From contig CAVSJS010000007.1 in NCBI GenBank assembly GCA_963728325.1, forward strand, positions 113,943-177,942: 64,000 nt of DNA. The letters run 5' to 3'. The translations under genes and the position numbers were made by a program. Below, piece by piece: positions 59,954 to 64,000 of the stretch. Source of the DNA: an uncultured Actinomycetes bacterium (GTDB taxonomy: Bacteria; Actinomycetota; Thermoleophilia; Solirubrobacterales; 70-9). The notes beneath the pieces were generated by a model that saw nothing but the letters and a program-made list of their open reading frames with translations, made no database searches and was not told where the DNA came from. Positions within the stretch are counted from its first letter, which is position 1, and each line of letters starts with the position of its first letter.

Positions 59954-60355
59954 CTACTCCCGCAGCCCGGCGGCTTCGAGGGCCCGCTGTTTCTCCCAGA
60001 ACGCCTCCCAGCGAATGATCTTGCCATCGCGTAGCGTGAACACTGCCGCGGCTAGGGCCTCAACCTCGATGCCGTCTCGTCCGGTGAAGTGCTCGACGCT
60101 GACGAGCAGGACCTTGTCGGTACCCACCGCACGAATTTCCTTTGGATCGGTCCGGTGCTTCTCCCAAGCCTCGTTGAACGAATTGAACTGCTTCCGGACT
60201 TCCTCGCGACCGCGAGCCACGCGCGGAGAGGGTGACTCCGGTGGATCATGGAACTCGATGTCGTCCGCGAAGAACCTCCGGGCGGCAGCTTCTGGGCCTT
60301 CCGTGTTGAAGACTTCGGCGGCCTTCCTGATGACCTCGATGTTCTCCTCCGACAC
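59954..60355 (-). CDS. NTF2/SnoaL-like array cistron 1
   Basis: (V)SEENIEVIRKAAEVFN...VGTDKVLLVSVEHFTGRDGIEVE...TLRDGKIIRWEAFWEKQRALEAAGLRE. GTG 60355 was chosen because the longer ORF (to 60547) would overlap the leader, the terminator and rnpB. Confidence 0.7.
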   Translation of the reverse strand: MSEENIEVIRKAAEVFNTEGPEAAARRFFADDIEFHDPPESPSPRVARGREEVRKQFNSFNEAWEKHRTDPKEIRAVGTDKVLLVSVEHFTGRDGIEVEALAAAVFTLRDGKIIRWEAFWEKQRALEAAGLRE

Positions 60356-60412
60356 GGCCCGCGCAGTATGTCGCCCCGGCGTGGGGGCCGCGAGCGCCAC
60401 GGCTCCCAGGAG
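60356..60412 (-). promoter_or_regulatory. Array leader element, copy 4 (heads the nine-cistron unit)
   Basis: Minus strand: CTCCTGGGAGCCGTGGCGCTCGCGGCCCCCACGCCGGGGCGACATACTGCGCGGGCC, followed by the GTG. Confidence 0.45.
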
Positions 60413-60480
60413 GCGTGGCACTGCCGAAGGACCCCCGTCGAGCGCAAACGTGACGAGTCCTTGGCGAAGGGTCCTATAGG

Positions 60481-60504
60481 AAAACCCCGCCGGAGCGGGG
60501 CTTT
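60481..60504 (-). terminator. Rho-independent terminator after rnpB
   Basis: Minus strand: AAAG-CCCCGC-TCCG-GCGGGG-TTTT. Confidence 0.65.
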
Positions 60505-60507
60505 CCC

Positions 60508-60882
60508 TTAGCAGGCCTGTAAGCCGGATTCTGTCGTGTGCAGCCATCTGTCTTGCCGGGGACTGGGTCCCCGGAGAGCCCCGTTCGCCGGGGCCCTGCG
60601 GCCTACCTGGACCTCGCCGGGCCGGGTCATCGGTCCTGCTCGGCCTTGCACCGGACGGGGTTTACCCTGACGCGCCGCGTCACCGTGGCGCCGGTGCGCT
60701 CTTACCGCACCATTTCACCTTTGCCTGTGCGCGGCTCACGTGAGGCCGCGCCATCGGCAGTGTCGTTTCTGTGGCACTTTCCCGCGGGTTTCCCCGGGTC
60801 GGCGTTACCGACCGTCCTTGCCCTGTGGTGTCCGGACTTTCCTCGAGGAGCGTCACCCCCCGTGACTGCATGGCCTACAGGA
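60508..60882 (-). ncRNA. rnpB: RNase P RNA, bacterial type A
   Basis: The minus strand contains GAGGAAAGTCCGGAC (P4 5' strand, 60830..60844), GGTAACGCC, AAGGTGAAATGGTGCGGTAAGAGCGCACC, and ACAGAATCCGGCTTACAGGCC (P4 3' strand, about 60515..60535). GTAGGCC (60872..60878) can pair with GGCCTGC (60511..60517) as P1. The ends are approximate. Confidence 0.85.
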
Positions 60883-60964
60883 TCAAGTGTAGGCCCTCAG
60901 CACGTGGGGGTTTCTCCATCCGATATGGGTGAGTCTGCGCGGCCCCGCGGGTCCGCGCCCACTG

Positions 60965-61189
60965 TCAGGAGAGCTCCGAGCCGCAGGCGCGGCAGCCGCC
61001 GTCGGCTGAGGGTGACATCGAGCCGCCGCAGACGGGGCAGACCGCCCGGCCCTCGGCCGCGAGGTCCTCCCAGACGCGCAGCACGACATCCTCGAGCGTC
61101 GCGCCACCGGGCTCGAACAGCCTCGACCCACCGGGGCCCGACTGCCGCTGCTCGACGACGGCTTGCTCCCGGGTCGCGAGCGCAGCCAC
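60965..61189 (-). CDS. Small zinc-ribbon protein (74 aa) co-transcribed with lexA
   Basis: The GTG start lies 1 nt after the lexA stop. The C-terminal CPVCGG...CRACGS motif is a Cys4 pattern. No family recognised. Confidence 0.45.
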   Translation of the reverse strand: MAALATREQAVVEQRQSGPGGSRLFEPGGATLEDVVLRVWEDLAAEGRAVCPVCGGSMSPSADGGCRACGSELS

Positions 61190-61190
61190 C

Positions 61191-61793
61191 TCAAACCCTC
61201 CTGTAGACGCCGATCACCCGGCCGAGGACCTGGGCGTCACGGGTGCGGATCGGCTTGTAGGCCTTGTTCGCCGGTTGCAGCCGGACCCGGTCCTTCTCGC
61301 GGTAGAAGCGCTTCACGGTCGCCTCGTCCTCGATCAGCGCCACCACGATCTCGCCGTTGTCGGCGTCGTCGGCCTGACTGACCACGACGTAGTCGCCCTC
61401 GAGGATGCCGGCGTCCCGCATCGAGTCGCCTTTCACCTGGAGGATGTAGTCGCCCTCCTCACCGTCGATCGCCGAGGGAACCTGCACGTATTCCTCGATG
61501 TTCTCCTCGGCCAGGATCGGCTCGCCTGCAGCCACCTGACCGACCAGCGGCAGCCCCGGCCCGCGAATCACGCGCTTCGCCCGGTCGACCAGCAGCTCGA
61601 TCGCCCGAGGCTTGGTGGGGTCGCGGCGCAGCAACCCCACCTTCTCCAGGTTGGCGAGGTGGGCGTGCACGGTCGAGGACGAATGCAGTCCGACGGCCTT
61701 GCCGATCTCGCGCACGGTGGGCGGATAGCCGTACCTGGCGGCGTAGCGGCGGATGAAGTCGAAGATCTCCTTCTGGCGCTTGGTCAGATCCAC
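61191..61793 (-). CDS. lexA: LexA repressor
   Basis: LTKRQKEIFDFIRRYAARYGYPPTVREIGKAVGLHSSSTVHAHLANLEKVGLL (wHTH), then VAAGEP...GDSM...GDYVVV...VALIEDEATVKR (S24 peptidase Ser/Lys). Confidence 0.9.
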   Translation of the reverse strand: MDLTKRQKEIFDFIRRYAARYGYPPTVREIGKAVGLHSSSTVHAHLANLEKVGLLRRDPTKPRAIELLVDRAKRVIRGPGLPLVGQVAAGEPILAEENIEEYVQVPSAIDGEEGDYILQVKGDSMRDAGILEGDYVVVSQADDADNGEIVVALIEDEATVKRFYREKDRVRLQPANKAYKPIRTRDAQVLGRVIGVYRRV

Positions 61794-61850
61794 GCTCTAT
61801 CGCTCCTGGGACCGCATGTCCTGGTCGCCCACCCTAACCGGCTTGCCACG

Positions 61851-61864
61851 GGAACACATGTTCG
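61851..61864 (-). promoter_or_regulatory. LexA (SOS) box upstream of lexA, adjacent to a TAGTAT -10-like hexamer
   Basis: GGAACACATGTTCG on the plus strand. The 12-nt core GAACACATGTTC is a perfect palindrome matching the Gram-positive CGAACnnnnGTTCG consensus. TAGTAT (minus strand, 61866..61871) lies directly upstream. Confidence 0.7.
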
Positions 61865-61932
61865 TATACTAGCTCGGCCTCGCGGACGGACGCAAGTCGG
61901 CCAGGACGGCCTCTAGAATCGAGCCCGCACCC

Positions 61933-62018
<86 letters not shown>

Positions 62019-62021
62019 CTG

Positions 62022-62053
62022 CGAAGCCCCTGCTATGGCGGGGGCTTCGTCTT
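62022..62053 (+). terminator. Hairpin terminator after tRNA-Leu
   Basis: CGAAGCCCC-loop-GGGGCTTCG, followed by TCTT. Confidence 0.55.
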
Positions 62054-62121
62054 GGGGGAGGGAGCAGCCGAGACGATCTCCGTGCAGGTCGTGGTCCCAA
62101 TACGGTCCCATTTCCCGGCCG

Positions 62122-62170
62122 CCACGGGGGTCGCGATGACCCACCCGATCGTCCGCGGCAGCTTCCCGAC
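62122..62170. repeat. Direct repeat A flanking the chimeric cassette
   Basis: CCACGGGGGTCGCGATGACCCACCCGATCGTCCGCGGCAGCTTCCCGAC aligns at about 80 percent identity with 62934..62985. Confidence 0.6.
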
Positions 62171-62297
62171 CGGGAGCGAGGACGAGATCGCCTCCTCGTG
62201 GCGGATGTCGAGCTACTCCAGCGCATGCGACATACGCGTCGCTGCCGTCGCTGGCTGACGGTCGATCACCCTCACACGGCGCGGCTTGATCCCGGCC

Positions 62298-62864
62298 CTA
62301 CTCCCGCAGCCCGGCGGCTTCGAGGGCCTTGATGCCGACAGGGGTCATCGCATCAATCTCACAGTTGCGAACCACGTCATCAACATCGCAGGTATCGCGT
62401 CCCCGGCCGCCGTCGATGATGTCGCGGCCTGGCCCGCCGAGAAGAAGATCCCAGCCCCGGCCGCCTTTAAGCCTGTCCCGCCCACCGCCACCAATGGCCG
62501 TGTCGCGACCAGCCTTGCCTTTGATCAAATCTTGGCCTTTGCCGCCAGCGAGCAAACCAAAGCGTGGGCGGCCCAGCCCATCCCAGCCCGGTCCCGCCAC
62601 GATCCGGTCGCCTCCTGGCCCCCCACGGATGAAGTCTGCGCCGCCGCGACCATAAAGCTTGTCGGCCCCCGCGCGACCCTCGATGTTGTCGTCGCCCGAG
62701 GTTCCCTTGATCGAGTCTGGCTTCGCGGTTCCGGTGAAGTCGTCCGCGAGCGCAAACGCAGTCGCTCCGCCGACCAGCACCATCGTCAACACGAGCAGCC
62801 GAGTGGTTGCGGTCGTCAGCGAGGACATCGGTTTGGCGTCGGTCTCCACGTTCTCCTGCGACAT
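62298..62864 (-). CDS. Chimeric ORF: the array head (MSQENVE) and array tail (ALEAAGLRE) enclose a signal-peptide-bearing RTX-like GGxGxD repeat protein
   Basis: MSQENVETDAKP-MSSLTTATTRLLVLTMVLVGGATAFA-...GRAGADKLYGRGGADFIRGGPGGDRIVAG...GGGGRDRLKGGRGWDLLLGGPGRDIIDGGRGRDTCDVDDVVRNCE-IDAMTPVGIKALEAAGLRE. An array leader fragment lies upstream. Confidence 0.7.
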   Translation of the reverse strand: MSQENVETDAKPMSSLTTATTRLLVLTMVLVGGATAFALADDFTGTAKPDSIKGTSGDDNIEGRAGADKLYGRGGADFIRGGPGGDRIVAGPGWDGLGRPRFGLLAGGKGQDLIKGKAGRDTAIGGGGRDRLKGGRGWDLLLGGPGRDIIDGGRGRDTCDVDDVVRNCEIDAMTPVGIKALEAAGLRE

Positions 62865-62885
62865 CGCCCGCGCAGTATCTCGCGA
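62865..62885 (-). promoter_or_regulatory. Array leader element, copy 5 (proximal 21 nt only)
   Basis: Minus strand: TCGCGAGATACTGCGCGGGCG, followed by ATGTCGCAGGAGAACGTGGAG. Confidence 0.4.
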
Positions 62886-62933
62886 CGGTCAGTCGATGGT
62901 CTACCCCCTAATGGTCTTTGTTTGGGCGCGATT

Positions 62934-62985
62934 CCAGTGGGGGTAGCGACGTGACCCAGCCGATCATCCGCGGCAGCTACCGGAC
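62934..62985. repeat. Direct repeat B flanking the chimeric cassette
   Basis: CCAGTGGGGGTAGCGACGTGACCCAGCCGATCATCCGCGGCAGCTACCGGAC. Confidence 0.6.
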
Positions 62986-63316
62986 GCCGACCGAGCTACT
63001 GCTATCGAATCCGGTTGTGCGGCGGCAGCTGCTACGTATCAGTGGCGTCGGCGCTTGGCGGATCCGGAACGGCTCGCGCTGGAGCCGATCTACGATCTGT
63101 AGTCATGGCCCTGAAGGTTGTAGACAAGAAGGCTTCCGAGCACCCGGCATACGGGAAGACCCAGATGACCCCGGTGCCGTCGCTGCCCAGGAGCCCCAAG
63201 AAGCCGAAGCATCCCAAGCGCTAAGGATCGCCTCGATATGGCGTCGCACCACCCCCCGCGCTCCCCTGCGATGTCTCCTACCCCGCGGCGATCGACGGAG
63301 TCTCGCGGTCGCCTGG

Positions 63317-64000
63317 CTACGGCTCGCAGTTGACGACGAAGCCGGTTCCAGGCCCCTGATCGCAACTGTCGGTGTCGTCGCCGCCGTTGAGGTAGTCATT
63401 GCCCTCCTCGCCGAAGAGGTCATCGTTGTCCAGACCGCCGGAGAGTTGGTCGTTCCCGCGTCCGCCGAAAAGATCGTCATTGCCGTGCTTGCCGTCTATG
63501 ACGTCAGCTCCCTCGTCGCCAGAGAGCCTGTCGCGGGAGTCGCCTCCATTGATGGTGTCCGCTCCCAGGCCGCCCGAGACGTAGTCGATACGTGGGTCGC
63601 CCCCACCGCCGGGCCTGTCTCCCCAGAGCTTGTCACTGCCGCCACCGCCCCGCAGCCAGTCACGGCCGTCGCCGCCGATCACCCGGTCGGCGCCCTCGCC
63701 GCCGAAGAGCCTTTCGTCCCACCAGTTTTGCTGGCCCAGGAGCACGTCTGCACCCCGCCCGCCCTTGATGTAGTCGGCGCGGGTCCCGCCGTGGATCTCG
63801 TCGGCACCGCGCCCGCCACAGATGATGTCGCGCGCGTCGCGGCCCCGGATGACGTCTTTGCCACCGCGCGCGACGATGACGTCGGGTTGGTTAGTCCCCC
63901 GAATCCGGTCCTGGCCGGGTGTGCCCACGATCGTCGCCCGCTCACCGGAGCAGGTGGCGCGTCTGGCCGCCGCCGGACTGACGCCCGATGCTGCGAGCAA
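63317..64000 (-). CDS. RTX-like calcium-binding repeat protein; the N-terminus lies outside the window
   Basis: GGRGADEIHGGTRADYIKGGRGADVLLG...GGEGADRVIGGDGRDWLRGGGGSDKL...GGLGADTINGGDSRDRLSGDEGADVIDG...GGDDTDSCDQGPGTGFVVNCEP, then stop. Confidence 0.65.
   Translation of the reverse strand: MLAASGVSPAAARRATCSGERATIVGTPGQDRIRGTNQPDVIVARGGKDVIRGRDARDIICGGRGADEIHGGTRADYIKGGRGADVLLGQQNWWDERLFGGEGADRVIGGDGRDWLRGGGGSDKLWGDRPGGGGDPRIDYVSGGLGADTINGGDSRDRLSGDEGADVIDGKHGNDDLFGGRGNDQLSGGLDNDDLFGEEGNDYLNGGDDTDSCDQGPGTGFVVNCEP

Noticed and set aside
59936-59985. Hairpin CUGCG-(14 nt including SD, stop and start)-CGCAG at the cistron 1/2 junction as a possible translational control structure
   Set aside because: The 5' arm lies in the variable Leu/Arg codons. 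The pairing is lost at most other junctions (for example CTTCAG or CTTTCG in place of CTGCGG), so it is not a conserved structure.
56606-60034. 1142-aa plus-strand ORF with a striking periodic motif (..HVLLRHRLL(R/L)(K/E)(P/S)GGFEG..)
   Set aside because: It is the antisense shadow of the NTF2-like array. The periodic motif is simply the reverse translation of the conserved junction. Its composition is Arg/Leu/Pro/Gly-rich, and the minus-strand ORFs have proper starts, SD sequences and stops.
53881-60412. Regularly spaced short repeats that might suggest a CRISPR array or an integron cassette array with attC sites
   Set aside because: The spacing is about 400 bp and the 'spacers' are complete protein genes. 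The repeat is coding (tail, stop, start, head). I found no conserved attC-like imperfect inverted repeat and no Cas or IntI gene in the window. The cassette analogy is kept only as a hypothesis in the findings.
60538-61206. 222-aa plus-strand ORF and 63-aa minus-strand ORF across 60.5-60.9 kb
   Set aside because: The interval is occupied by RNase P RNA (clear P4 strands and conserved loops). The ORFs are Arg/Pro-rich shadows.
63105-63224. 39-aa basic ORF MALKVVDKKASEHPAYGKTQMTPVPSLPRSPKKPKHPKR in a lower-GC patch
   Set aside because: It has no Shine-Dalgarno or -10-like signal and no recognisable family. It is too short to support from sequence alone.

Overview
Very GC-rich, Actinomycetota-like chromosomal segment. 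Supporting signs are Cheo-type LexA boxes, an Rv2578c-like radical SAM gene, a VKOR+DsbA pair, an F420-type LLM oxidoreductase and several leaderless-looking starts. I can support about 80 protein genes, RNase P RNA, tRNA-Leu(GAG), a ydaO-type c-di-AMP riboswitch, two SOS boxes and several repeat families. Layout: (i) 1-14 kb holds a lasso-peptide (RiPP) cluster on the minus strand. In transcription order it reads ABC exporter, B2 protease, B1/PqqD, two secreted repeat proteins, an HPr-kinase-like protein, the Asn-synthetase-like cyclase and a 55-aa precursor. A divergent nucleotidyltransferase, an ECF sigma/anti-sigma pair, an FkbH-like gene and an O-antigen-ligase-like gene sit around it. 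This block is riddled with frame breaks. (ii) 15.9-36 kb holds acyl-CoA and C2-C4 metabolism genes: ccr, a B12 acyl-CoA mutase, MaoC, ACAD, malyl-CoA lyase, GTP-PEPCK and a SucCD-like ligase. (iii) 36-53 kb is mixed housekeeping, including glnA and HtrA-like proteases. (iv) 53.9-60.4 kb is the standout. Fourteen head-to-tail NTF2/SnoaL-like cistrons (15 domains) have divergent bodies but share a near-invariant stop-3nt-start junction. A recurring ~57-nt leader divides them into sub-operons. At 62.3-62.9 kb the same head and tail enclose an unrelated RTX-like secreted protein. rnpB, lexA and tRNA-Leu lie between the array and that chimera. All calls come from reading the ORF track and the sequence by eye. 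Start codons are approximate. Most frame breaks I resolved are one extra G/C in a CCGGG-type run, so they may be assembly errors rather than real pseudogenes.
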